DNA of 50,207 nucleotides from a virus. Lineage: Duplodnaviria > Caudoviricetes. The position numbers and the translations under genes are program-made. Each line of letters begins with the position of its first letter. Position 1 is the first letter of the stretch. Below are positions 28,670-37,156 of this stretch, one piece after another. A model generated the notes under the pieces. That model saw nothing but the letters and a program-made list of their open reading frames with translations, was not told the DNA's origin and did not search any database. The stretch is taken from the IMG/VR virus record IMGVR_UViG_3300024310_000011, positions 1-50,207 of that record, one strand, 5' to 3'.

Positions 28670-28782
28670 GGACGTGTAAGCCGCGTTATACGATTAACAA
28701 TTCACACCTGTGAATCGCGCATGACCTGTGCATACGCTGTACAATCTTTGACAACTGAATATCGTAACTAGGCTTGTTAGTG

Positions 28783-28882
28783 GTATCACGCGCCTGTGGC
28801 ACACTACACAGTCACCTTATATAAGGTCTTGATGAGGATTCAATCCTCAGGCTGTAGCTAGTGTGTCACATGGGCGTGATAC
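28783..28882 (+). ncRNA. Structured leader / candidate ncRNA
   Basis: Long outer stem with G-U pairing on +, enclosing two hairpins. Confidence 0.5.
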
Positions 28883-28911
28883 GCTCAATCTAATTAGATG
28901 AGGAAACTAAC

Positions 28912-29331
28912 ATGTCAGTCGAAACGAAGAACAACACGCAATCCACCATCGAGCACGACAACAAACAGGCGTCACAGAAGAAAGAAGAGACGCGCACGAT
29001 GCCCGTGACACTGAACAGTGACCAATCCGCCGTGATTCTCAACAGTGACACAATGGCGATTGTGGACAAGATGTACACGGCGCAAGACGATATCGCCAAT
29101 GAAGGGAAGTTTGTTCGTACATTCATCCACACAGCAGTAACGATGGGCGCAAAGCAGGAATGCCGTCGTATCGTGGGAGTGTGGGAGAATGCTATCACGA
29201 AGGAAAACAAGTTGCATCCTTCGTGGTCACGCGAGCGTGCGGAGTCGGAGTTGTTGCAGAGCAAGAAAATGCAGGAACTCAAGGCACTGGTAGACGTTGC
29301 ACTGTCACTGCTGAAGACCGAATTCAAGTAG
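28912..29331 (+). CDS. Early hypothetical protein
   Basis: GAGG RBS; first gene of the right arm. Confidence 0.8.
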   Translation: MSVETKNNTQSTIEHDNKQASQKKEETRTMPVTLNSDQSAVILNSDTMAIVDKMYTAQDDIANEGKFVRTFIHTAVTMGAKQECRRIVGVWENAITKENKLHPSWSRERAESELLQSKKMQELKALVDVALSLLKTEFK

Positions 29332-29391
29332 TGACAACGCGTGATATCACTAACTGGCTTAGTTACGCAACACAACAACAAAGGAGGAAAT

Positions 29392-29550
29392 ATGTGGAAT
29401 CCAATACGTGAGGACGAATACCCGATACTGCCGGAATCAGTACAAATGATCTTACGTAGTGTTGGAGTCGAGACACTAGTTACCTGTAGTAACTGTGGAT
29501 GTATAACAGAAATAGGTCGCAGATGTGATAATTGCGGACGTATCGTATGA
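29392..29550 (+). CDS. Small Zn-ribbon protein
   Basis: AAGGAGG RBS; CSNC...CDNC. Confidence 0.7.
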   Translation: MWNPIREDEYPILPESVQMILRSVGVETLVTCSNCGCITEIGRRCDNCGRIV

Positions 29551-30026
29551 GCGATACGCTTGCAGCAATACGTAGAGCACTACGCCAGTCTCAGAGTGCA
29601 GAGAGACGCAAACTACGACACAAGATGCAGTCATACAATCGCCTATCACAGAAAGCAACAGGCGAGCCACAGGGTTATGACGCGAATAGTGCTAAAACAA
29701 CACAAGATGTCATCGCCGAAACCCTAGAAATCGCCCATAACCGTACAGCAAAGCGGCGCGCCCCAGTTTCTCACGATAGTACAGACACGTTATTACGTGA
29801 ATGTAACGTAGTATCCCCAGAGGTGCGGGACGCGTGGCGCGCGCGTATAGGCATGTCACGACTGTTGAGTGAGTCAAACAGGTTAGAACTACGACAACAG
29901 TCAGGCGCGTCCGCTCTTTCCACACTACGCGATGCTAAGTTGAACGACCTAGCAAAATGGATGGTCTGGATGTGGTGCGAGGGGGAAGGGTATGATCCGG
30001 GGAAACATCCGAAACAATCACGATAG
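29547..30026 (+). CDS. Basic hypothetical protein
   Basis: ATGA overlap with the upstream gene. Confidence 0.65.
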   Translation: MSDTLAAIRRALRQSQSAERRKLRHKMQSYNRLSQKATGEPQGYDANSAKTTQDVIAETLEIAHNRTAKRRAPVSHDSTDTLLRECNVVSPEVRDAWRARIGMSRLLSESNRLELRQQSGASALSTLRDAKLNDLAKWMVWMWCEGEGYDPGKHPKQSR

Positions 30027-30061
30027 TAACTAACAACGTAACAAAACAGCGTCCGAAAGAC

Positions 30062-30095
30062 AGACATAGCGATCCTGCGCTATGTCTTTTCGTTT
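30062..30095 (+). terminator. Intrinsic terminator
   Basis: agacatagcg/cgctatgtct stem followed by tttcgttt. Confidence 0.7.
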
Positions 30096-30323
30096 GTGTC
30101 GCTTAGGCACAGAGACAGAATGTCTGTCTTTTGTTGGCGTGTGTAGGGAAGAATGCGTCTCGCCTCTAAGTCTCGTACTTTCAAGCGTTTACAGTAAAAG
30201 TAATTCATGATATATTATCTTTTTTTTTTTTAATAGAGAGCACTTTTTTCTCATTCTTGCGCGTCACCACCCATACACGTGATTGATAGACGGATTTGTT
30301 GTCTCGTGGCATATCTCGTGTCG

Positions 30324-30336
30324 AATCAACGAGTTA
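30324..30336 (+). promoter_or_regulatory. IHF consensus site
   Basis: AATCAACGAGTTA matches WATCAANNNNTTR. Confidence 0.5.
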
Positions 30337-30385
30337 CGAGAGGATCACCCCGTCTGTCTTAGTGACGCACTTCAGTCGATTCCTC

Positions 30386-30414
30386 TTGACAATCGCTGCG
30401 TGATGTAGGAGAAT
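30386..30414 (+). promoter_or_regulatory. Candidate sigma70 promoter
   Basis: TTGACA-N17-GAGAAT. Confidence 0.55.
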
Positions 30415-30450
30415 AGCACCACGGTCGCATGTCCCTCGCGGCTGATAGGA

Positions 30451-30972
30451 GTGGGTCACACAATGGATGCAGAGACAGAGAGAAAGATTAAAGAATTAGT
30501 AGCATTGAAGCTCAAAGTACGTGAGCAGCAAGAGGCTGTACACAATAATGATGTGTCGGACGAGACACTACAGAAAGACCTCGAAGAGATACGAAACGAA
30601 CCAACAAGTGATCTCGTGCCACAACACGAAGCAGGAATGTTGATACGTGAGTTTCTCACGGAAGTAGTGACTCGTTCTCGTATATCACAAAAGTTCAAGA
30701 AAGATCTTCGTAACACTCATGGACGTGTGTTACTATCACTACACAAACGTCAACGTCTGATGGGTACTAAAGATTTAGGTGCCACACTCGCACAGATCAA
30801 ACAAGACATTACACCATCATGTCGGCAGTTTGTGGAGCCGATACTTGTTGAAGCAATTCAATTCGGTATAGTGATGGTGGCAAGATACCACGGGAAGGAC
30901 TATTTCAGTCTTAATGTTGCTAGCTACAATGATGTACAACACTTTTTGAGTGAAGAAGCAAGGGCAAGATAA
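30451..30972 (+). CDS. Hypothetical protein
   Basis: ORF downstream of the promoter, AGGAG nearby. Confidence 0.75.
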   Translation: MGHTMDAETERKIKELVALKLKVREQQEAVHNNDVSDETLQKDLEEIRNEPTSDLVPQHEAGMLIREFLTEVVTRSRISQKFKKDLRNTHGRVLLSLHKRQRLMGTKDLGATLAQIKQDITPSCRQFVEPILVEAIQFGIVMVARYHGKDYFSLNVASYNDVQHFLSEEARAR

Positions 30973-30984
30973 GGAGCTATACAA

Positions 30985-31224
30985 ATGAACACCGAGAAAC
31001 TAAACCAGATAATCACAAACAAGAACGAACAATTAGAACGTGATGCTCTGCGTGAAGCGGAGTCTATCATCGAACAGATTGCTATGCAGCAACAGGCAAT
31101 AACAAACGCCAATCAGCGAATCCTCAAACTACACTCGGCCTTGAAGATGTGTAACCCCACACAAAAAAACCACCCACAAAGGAGCGTGTTGTTATGTGCC
31201 TCAATAAAATCACAAAGAAGATAG
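30985..31224 (+). CDS. Coiled-coil hypothetical protein
   Basis: AAGGAG RBS. Confidence 0.65.
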   Translation: MNTEKLNQIITNKNEQLERDALREAESIIEQIAMQQQAITNANQRILKLHSALKMCNPTQKNHPQRSVLLCASIKSQRR

Positions 31225-31577
31225 AGAAATCAACCAAGAAAGTAACAACAGCTTGGAAGGTTTTTTATCAAAGGGCTGATACGAAAGAATTAACACACTA
31301 TTACTATTCTTGGAAAGGAGTCATCAAGAGGGGTCGTTGGTTGAAAGCCCAGGAAGAAGTAGTAAGCACCAGCAATTACTTAGACAAGTACACAACTGGT
31401 TTCCACTGCTACATAAACCAAGAACAAGCTCTCAAATTTCACGGTGATGACCTGAGAAATAACTACGTTGTACTACTCGAAGTGAAAGTAAAAGAAATCA
31501 CCACCTACGGTATACAGTGGGAGTCGTCCCCTTGTGAAACAATCGTAGCAAGACAGATGCTTGTACCGAAACAATAA
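31194..31577 (+). CDS. Hypothetical protein
   Basis: AAGGAG RBS; MCL...WKVF...YxxGFHCY pattern. Confidence 0.75.
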   Translation: MCLNKITKKIEKSTKKVTTAWKVFYQRADTKELTHYYYSWKGVIKRGRWLKAQEEVVSTSNYLDKYTTGFHCYINQEQALKFHGDDLRNNYVVLLEVKVKEITTYGIQWESSPCETIVARQMLVPKQ

Positions 31578-31725
31578 AGGAGCCACTCATGCATCTCACC
31601 GACATCGTTTTACTACTCTCACTACTGTTCGTCCACACACCACCAACGACATCACACCATGTCACGTCACACTGTCCGAGGGTGCCGATTAATAATCTGT
31701 TCTGTTTGAAATAACGGAGACAACC

Positions 31726-32037
31726 ATGTCACTACGAAAACGTGCTAAATTCTGGTATTCAGAGAAGCAATCACATGCTCTTGATATAGAAGTATTGCGT
31801 AAAACACTCTCGCCAGAAGCATTTGAAGCCTACATGATACTAAAAGACAGGTATAAAGACGAACCAGACACACAAGCGTTTGTCATCTTAGAAATAAATG
31901 GTGAACCTGTCGAAATGATGTACACCGAGATGTATACTGGTGATGATCCAAACTACACCTCGAACTGGGATGATGCTGTGTTACTTGCAGACACAGACAA
32001 CTACAGCATCCGTGTTCAAGTATTAAGCGAGTATTAG
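31726..32037 (+). CDS. Hypothetical protein
   Basis: GGAG RBS. Confidence 0.7.
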   Translation: MSLRKRAKFWYSEKQSHALDIEVLRKTLSPEAFEAYMILKDRYKDEPDTQAFVILEINGEPVEMMYTEMYTGDDPNYTSNWDDAVLLADTDNYSIRVQVLSEY

Positions 32038-32038
32038 C

Positions 32039-32311
32039 ATGAAACCTACTTCGTATAAGATCCACCTGCCTAACGGCCACACGATTGACGCGAAAGACGC
32101 ACACAATCTGGAAATAATTCTGTCGATGAACGTGTGTCGTGTCTACCAGTCACAGCAAATAAGGATCGAACCAGTGTGGCCGACACGGGAGGCGTTAGGC
32201 GTGTCCCGTGACCACACTGACGATATACTCAACAAAGTAAAGAACTTCCGGTCGTCACTTCGTAACCACGAACGAGACTGTAAGTGTTCGGATTGTTACC
32301 CACTATATTAA
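32039..32311 (+). CDS. Hypothetical protein with C-terminal HxxxCxCxxC
   Basis: HERDCKCSDC. Confidence 0.65.
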   Translation: MKPTSYKIHLPNGHTIDAKDAHNLEIILSMNVCRVYQSQQIRIEPVWPTREALGVSRDHTDDILNKVKNFRSSLRNHERDCKCSDCYPLY

Positions 32312-32402
32312 GGATACGACATTCGCCGTTCATGCGACACCCCCAAGGCGAGGCGTTAGGCGTTGGGCTTGACAAGCGCATCTAACAAAGGAGATAATCA
32401 CC

Positions 32403-32552
32403 GTGTCAGCAAAAGAAAATCATGTAATACGAACGATAAAAGATTTAATAGGACGACGAGCAGAATTACTTCTTGAGAAAGAAAAACTAAGTAAAACAAT
32501 TCTAGCTATTGATGGAGTTATTAAGATACTTGAGGACTTGGATAAACAGTAG
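32403..32552 (+). CDS. 49-aa coiled-coil protein
   Basis: AAGGAG RBS, GTG start, downstream of TTGACA-N18-GATAAT. Confidence 0.55.
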   Translation: MSAKENHVIRTIKDLIGRRAELLLEKEKLSKTILAIDGVIKILEDLDKQ

Positions 32553-32745
32553 AATGCCAAGACCTCCCCTTACAACGACCAAATAACGCTTCGCTATACG
32601 ACGTGCTTCGAAGTAAAACGTGGCATCCGGCTGACAGTAGCAGCCTTACTAAAGATGTTCACGACAGACGTATAGCAAGTGGGTGTCAGTGTGAGGGGTG
32701 GTGTTGGTGTTCGCATCACAAATCAAAAAAGAAAAGAGAAAAAAC

Positions 32746-32919
32746 ATGCCAAATCCGATTACTGTTGTTGACGTGAAGAAGTTTTTCGACTGTGGCACAT
32801 CTCACCCAGTCACACTGGGTGAGATGACTTCATTCTGGAAGTCCCTCACTGAAGACGAAAAGAATGAGTATCGTGCTTCTGTTGAGAAGTGGGATGGTAC
32901 ATCGTTTTACATTAACTAG
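32746..32919 (+). CDS. Small hypothetical protein
   Basis: MPNPIT...FWKSLTEDEKNEY. Confidence 0.65.
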   Translation: MPNPITVVDVKKFFDCGTSHPVTLGEMTSFWKSLTEDEKNEYRASVEKWDGTSFYIN

Positions 32920-32924
32920 AACGA

Positions 32925-33094
32925 CAGAAACAATAGACAAAACACAAAGTTTATTGTTTCTGGGTGTGTTCGGTGCCGTGATGTAGGGCTATTAACAATG
33001 GTTAATAACGTCGTACACTAAATGTAGTCGGAAGTAAACACTAAGACACTTCTGGCCAACAGCGACAACGAACACACCCCGAAGCGATAAACTT
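32925..33094 (+). ncRNA. Candidate structured ncRNA / RNA switch
   Basis: ~33-bp imperfect outer stem (32947-33094) with G-U pairs and a competing 14-bp hairpin (32925-32962). Confidence 0.55.
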
Positions 33095-33102
33095 CATCCA
33101 CA

Positions 33103-33774
33103 ATGAAATATGTTATACCAACCAAAGTTTGTGAAAAATGTGGTCAAGAGTTCGATTGGATATACGGAGTATGTCCTAAGTGTTATCCAAATGGCTACAT
33201 TGACGCAATACGTGAGATTACATCCAAATTAAAACAACCAAAGGAGCTACAAACAATGTCCACATCTCCAGTAACAACGGAACAACCCACCACCAACGCA
33301 GTACACACCAGCGCCCACTACACGAGTGAGAATTATACACTCGAAGTCGGCTACACCAAAGAAGAACTCGCCAAGCCGGAGGCAGAACGTAAATTGAAAG
33401 CATACCCGGAGGGTACGTACAGTGACGAGGAGAAAGAAAAGGGTGAGTTTCAGGTAGTTTTCACTCAAACCTTTGTCCACTATTCACCTGTCGATCTCGA
33501 CGGCGTAGGCGAGCTTATCCCGGATGACGATGAAGTGTTGAATCTCATCACGGCGCAGCTCAAGGTCAAGCTCGTCAATAGGGCGCGTTCGCAGGCCACA
33601 TCGAAGGATTTCAAACCTGTCGATGGCGTGATTGACATGTTTGATGAATGCAATAAGAAGTCTGAGAGACGCCTGTCGCAGTTCGAGAAGACTACACAGA
33701 CGATTCTGAAAGACTTCACACCGGAGATGCAGGCTCGGTTGCTGGAATTGCTGAAAGCACAACAGACCGTATAA
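33103..33774 (+). CDS. Hypothetical protein; N-terminal Zn ribbon and strong internal start at 33256
   Basis: CEKC...CPKC; AAGGAG RBS before MSTSP. Confidence 0.75.
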   Translation: MKYVIPTKVCEKCGQEFDWIYGVCPKCYPNGYIDAIREITSKLKQPKELQTMSTSPVTTEQPTTNAVHTSAHYTSENYTLEVGYTKEELAKPEAERKLKAYPEGTYSDEEKEKGEFQVVFTQTFVHYSPVDLDGVGELIPDDDEVLNLITAQLKVKLVNRARSQATSKDFKPVDGVIDMFDECNKKSERRLSQFEKTTQTILKDFTPEMQARLLELLKAQQTV

Positions 33775-33845
33775 TAATGTGGGGGCAAAAGCGTGAGCTT
33801 AGGTCTGATACACCTTCCCCCGCTCCAACACAATCGCTGCGCAGC

Positions 33846-33892
33846 ACCCTGTGTATTTGTCAGTAGTAAAAAGACAATACACAGGGTTTTTT
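33846..33892 (+). terminator. Intrinsic terminator
   Basis: accctgtgtatt/aatacacagggt stem plus T run. Confidence 0.75.
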
Positions 33893-33912
33893 AGTCATCA
33901 TGGAGATTAAAA

Positions 33913-34215
33913 ATGCGTCTCGTTAAAGCCAGAATAAAATCCATCCAAGATACTGATCCAAGATTTCTATGTTGTCCAAAACGAATTGAATGGCATAAAG
34001 AGAGAATCAAAGAAGGCTTAGTAAAACTGGACATGGATAGTATAAGGACTCTCGATTCATCAATACATTGTGGTTTTTGCAAGAAAGAAATGGGAAGTGC
34101 TGGTCTAAGAAAAGTCATGGTACACGAGAGTGCTCAAGAACAATGTAGAAGTGGTTTAACTTTTTTGGATTATTTCGATCTTGATGAAGGTGCAGAATGC
34201 CCACCCTCCGCCTAG
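33913..34215 (+). CDS. Cys-containing hypothetical protein
   Basis: GGAG RBS; CC...CGFC. Confidence 0.65.
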   Translation: MRLVKARIKSIQDTDPRFLCCPKRIEWHKERIKEGLVKLDMDSIRTLDSSIHCGFCKKEMGSAGLRKVMVHESAQEQCRSGLTFLDYFDLDEGAECPPSA

Positions 34216-34577
34216 TCAGCACACCAACCCGTCGTCCTATCATCGAGCTTCGTATAAACGGTGTCAACTACAGATTCCTGATCGACACCGGCGCATCTGT
34301 CACACTGGTTGATCCAGCATTACTCCCTGACCTATCTAAACAACAGGAATCCTCACGATATACACGAAAGTGTATTGCTGTTAATGGGAGTGTACATATA
34401 GAAACTATTGCTATAGTTTTTCGCTTGGCAGGTGTCTCTATATCAGAAATTTCCATACACTCATCAGCAGGTGAGAAGATCGACGGTACAAGCGGCATCA
34501 TAGGCCAAGACATCCTACAACAGTTCAAGAGTGTGACGTTTGACAATGTACGACATGTTGTTAGGTTTGAAGTGTGA
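34197..34577 (+). CDS. Retropepsin-like (clan AA) aspartic protease
   Basis: FLIDTGASVT and GIIGQDIL motifs. Confidence 0.9.
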   Translation: MPTLRLVSTPTRRPIIELRINGVNYRFLIDTGASVTLVDPALLPDLSKQQESSRYTRKCIAVNGSVHIETIAIVFRLAGVSISEISIHSSAGEKIDGTSGIIGQDILQQFKSVTFDNVRHVVRFEV

Positions 34578-34697
34578 ATAGTAGTAAGAGCGAATGAAAA
34601 GCGTAACAACGACGAATCGTTGTATCTCATTGACCTGTAAGAACTTAAAAGTATTGACACGTCCACGAGAGGCGTGACATTCTACACTCTACCCGTT

Positions 34698-35378
34698 ATG
34701 CTATGTTACTACTGCTCAAATAAAGCAATATACTTATACGGTAGTTATAACGTGTGTGGCAAGTGTTACGTATTTTTACAACGTGGAACACACCCGGCAC
34801 AACGTAGTGCAACAGGAGCTTCCAATATAATAGGATCACCAATGCCCTTCTACACACGACACAAACAAACCGCCCGTCTCATATACGAACCCTCCCTCCA
34901 GGGTTACTCGTTGTCGTTCTCTTACAACGAGGCCATCGTAGAATTCGTAAAGAAAGCAATCCCGTCGCACAAACGCACCTACGACCCGACCACGAAGACG
35001 TGGTACTTCGGCAGTGAATACTTTGATATCATTCGTACTCTATTTGACGGCCATCGTAACTATACACTCACTATAGTGACACAGGCGGAAGTCGAACAAC
35101 GTATCAAAGAAACAGAAGAAGCCTCGCAACACCAATGGGCACCCGCACAATATTCTATCGAGGATGAACTAAAAAAATTCACCGAACTAGTGTCAGTTTA
35201 CTCCGACTACATTTCTATACCTCTTGAAGTCATAAAAAACATGACAAAAGCTGAAGCAACAAAAGTGTATAGAAAAGTAGCCATGAAACTCCATCCTGAC
35301 AAAAACGGCGATCCCAAAAAAATGTCCGAGTTGAATAGTACGTGGGCTATACTGAAGGAAGGGTACTATATAAAATGA
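34698..35378 (+). CDS. J-domain protein with N-terminal Zn finger and HARP-like domain (alternative start 34842)
   Basis: YRKVAMKLHPDKNGD...MSELN (J-domain HPD); SFSYNEAIVEFVK...RTYDPTTKTW; CYYC...CGKC. Confidence 0.8.
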   Translation: MLCYYCSNKAIYLYGSYNVCGKCYVFLQRGTHPAQRSATGASNIIGSPMPFYTRHKQTARLIYEPSLQGYSLSFSYNEAIVEFVKKAIPSHKRTYDPTTKTWYFGSEYFDIIRTLFDGHRNYTLTIVTQAEVEQRIKETEEASQHQWAPAQYSIEDELKKFTELVSVYSDYISIPLEVIKNMTKAEATKVYRKVAMKLHPDKNGDPKKMSELNSTWAILKEGYYIK

Positions 35379-35530
35379 AACTTGACAAACTAATTGACGA
35401 ACTACGAGAGTTACAAAAGATTTTTAATCACGATAACATTACTGTTACAGTAAATGGTAATCCTATCTTCCAAACAACGTACAGTAATCATACTGAAATC
35501 TTGAACTTTGAAGAAGGTTCTGATTTGTAA
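35375..35530 (+). CDS. Small hypothetical protein
   Basis: MKLDKLIDEL start; ATG overlaps the 3' end of the upstream gene. Confidence 0.6.
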   Translation: MKLDKLIDELRELQKIFNHDNITVTVNGNPIFQTTYSNHTEILNFEEGSDL

Positions 35531-35539
35531 AGGAGCAAA

Positions 35540-35752
35540 ATGTCCACCACACCTACACCAATCCCACCTGTTGAACGTGTCGAACGATATACCTGCAACC
35601 AATGCAAAGAAACCTTCGAGCGTATCTATCCACGTCCTGAAGGTAGTATTTGCACGATCAACCATGTCAAAGGATGTTGTCATTTTGGTGACACCGTGAT
35701 AACACGGAAACAATTACAGAAAGAACGGGAGTTACAACAAGCGGTGGAATAA
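35540..35752 (+). CDS. Small Cys/His protein
   Basis: AAGGAG RBS; CNQC...C...H...CCH. Confidence 0.7.
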   Translation: MSTTPTPIPPVERVERYTCNQCKETFERIYPRPEGSICTINHVKGCCHFGDTVITRKQLQKERELQQAVE

Positions 35753-35771
35753 GAGAGGAAGGAGACAACTG

Positions 35772-36029
35772 ATGAAAGCTCTAGTTAATGGTCGTTTGTT
35801 TGATTCAGAAAGTAAAATTAACACTCCAGCAAACTTTGATAACTATATCAAACTAAACTGGCCTTCTTCTGTACCAGAAGATTGTACAAATATTAAACAA
35901 ACAGGTCAAGCTGATAATGATGGACTTGATTGTTTAGACAGAAATGCTCCAGGTTTTGATACTTGTATTAGTTGTATGGTATACGAATTCTTGTGTGGAA
36001 GGTTCGCAAGACTGGGGAGAATAAGATGA
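35772..36029 (+). CDS. Cys-containing hypothetical protein
   Basis: AAGGAG RBS. Confidence 0.65.
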   Translation: MKALVNGRLFDSESKINTPANFDNYIKLNWPSSVPEDCTNIKQTGQADNDGLDCLDRNAPGFDTCISCMVYEFLCGRFARLGRIR

Positions 36030-36802
36030 GCGACATCGTAAAAACCGGCAAACTAGGCCCATTAAAGACGGGCTTCGCCGCGCGTGTAGATAATGCCAAG
36101 AAACAAGGTACCCTCGCAACAGAACTATTCGACTGCACAAAGTACCCAAATCGTATCGTGTTGTGTATTGACGATAGTGGGTCGATGTCGGGTGACATGT
36201 CTGAAGTGTGTCCAAATTGTAATGGTGAAGGACTTCCTGGGGTATGTCATCCACCTACTGTAGAAAGCACACGTATGGAAATGTGCCGCAAAGCCTGTGA
36301 AGAGTTCCTCAACGTATGTGACAGTCGAGATACTGCACTCGGTATGTATACTATATCCACCGGGCGAGAGTATCCACTCACGAATCTCTACATCCCGTTG
36401 ATAGGTTACATCCGCGAATTACAGTCAAGCGGCGGCACGCCGACTATAGCCACGCTGGACAAGGTTATCTCGAAGGAGAAGGTGTCGCGTGTCGTGTTGG
36501 TGTCGGACGGCGAATCGGGTGCATTAGATTGGTATAGTGCAGGTAGAGAAGGTTCTTCATTTACCAGCACAGCCAGAGTCGTGCTTGATAAATACAAAGA
36601 AAGAAAAATCCCTATTGACACAGTGTTTATAGGCTCACAAGGAGACGAGTCTTCTAGTGGTTACAAAGAGATGAGTCTCATCGCTGATTATACCGGCGGA
36701 TTGTTTATGTTCTTCAAATCCGGCGAATCATTCCGTTCCAAGTTCAAGTATTTGGCGCCAGCCTTTCGTGGGATGTTGGTGGCGGGGGAGATTAAGTTAT
36801 GA
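36026..36802 (+). CDS. von Willebrand factor A (vWA) domain protein
   Basis: MIDAS DDSGSM, GGT, LVSDG, IDTVFIG, IADYTGG. Confidence 0.88.
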   Translation: MSDIVKTGKLGPLKTGFAARVDNAKKQGTLATELFDCTKYPNRIVLCIDDSGSMSGDMSEVCPNCNGEGLPGVCHPPTVESTRMEMCRKACEEFLNVCDSRDTALGMYTISTGREYPLTNLYIPLIGYIRELQSSGGTPTIATLDKVISKEKVSRVVLVSDGESGALDWYSAGREGSSFTSTARVVLDKYKERKIPIDTVFIGSQGDESSSGYKEMSLIADYTGGLFMFFKSGESFRSKFKYLAPAFRGMLVAGEIKL

Positions 36803-36948
36803 AGAAATTCAAAATAGAAATCTTGGTGGAAGATGATGGACAAGACAACAATAATTTTTATGACACTGATTCACTAAGAATTGATGTAACTGGTGCAGTA
36901 GGTGAACTTGATTTAAGAATTGTTCAAGTAACTGTAGAGGAATGCTAA
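36799..36948 (+). CDS. 49-aa acidic protein
   Basis: ATGA overlap with the vWA stop. Confidence 0.55.
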   Translation: MKKFKIEILVEDDGQDNNNFYDTDSLRIDVTGAVGELDLRIVQVTVEEC

Positions 36949-37012
36949 ATGTCAACTCCATCTAATTCACAACTCAAACTAATCCTAGCTTTTCAACAAA
37001 AGGAGAATTACA

Positions 37013-37156
37013 ATGGAAGATAAATTCTACTCATGTCCTGATGTAGATTGCCAAGGTTCGGATGCAGAATGGGAGCAGGATGATATTGACGAAGGGATCA
37101 AATTTTGTCAATATTGTGGTAAAGAACTTGTGGAGATTTCAAGTGCAGCCGAATGA
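37013..37156 (+). CDS. 47-aa Zn-ribbon protein
   Basis: AAGGAG RBS; CPDVDC...FCQYCGKEL. Confidence 0.7.
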   Translation: MEDKFYSCPDVDCQGSDAEWEQDDIDEGIKFCQYCGKELVEISSAAE

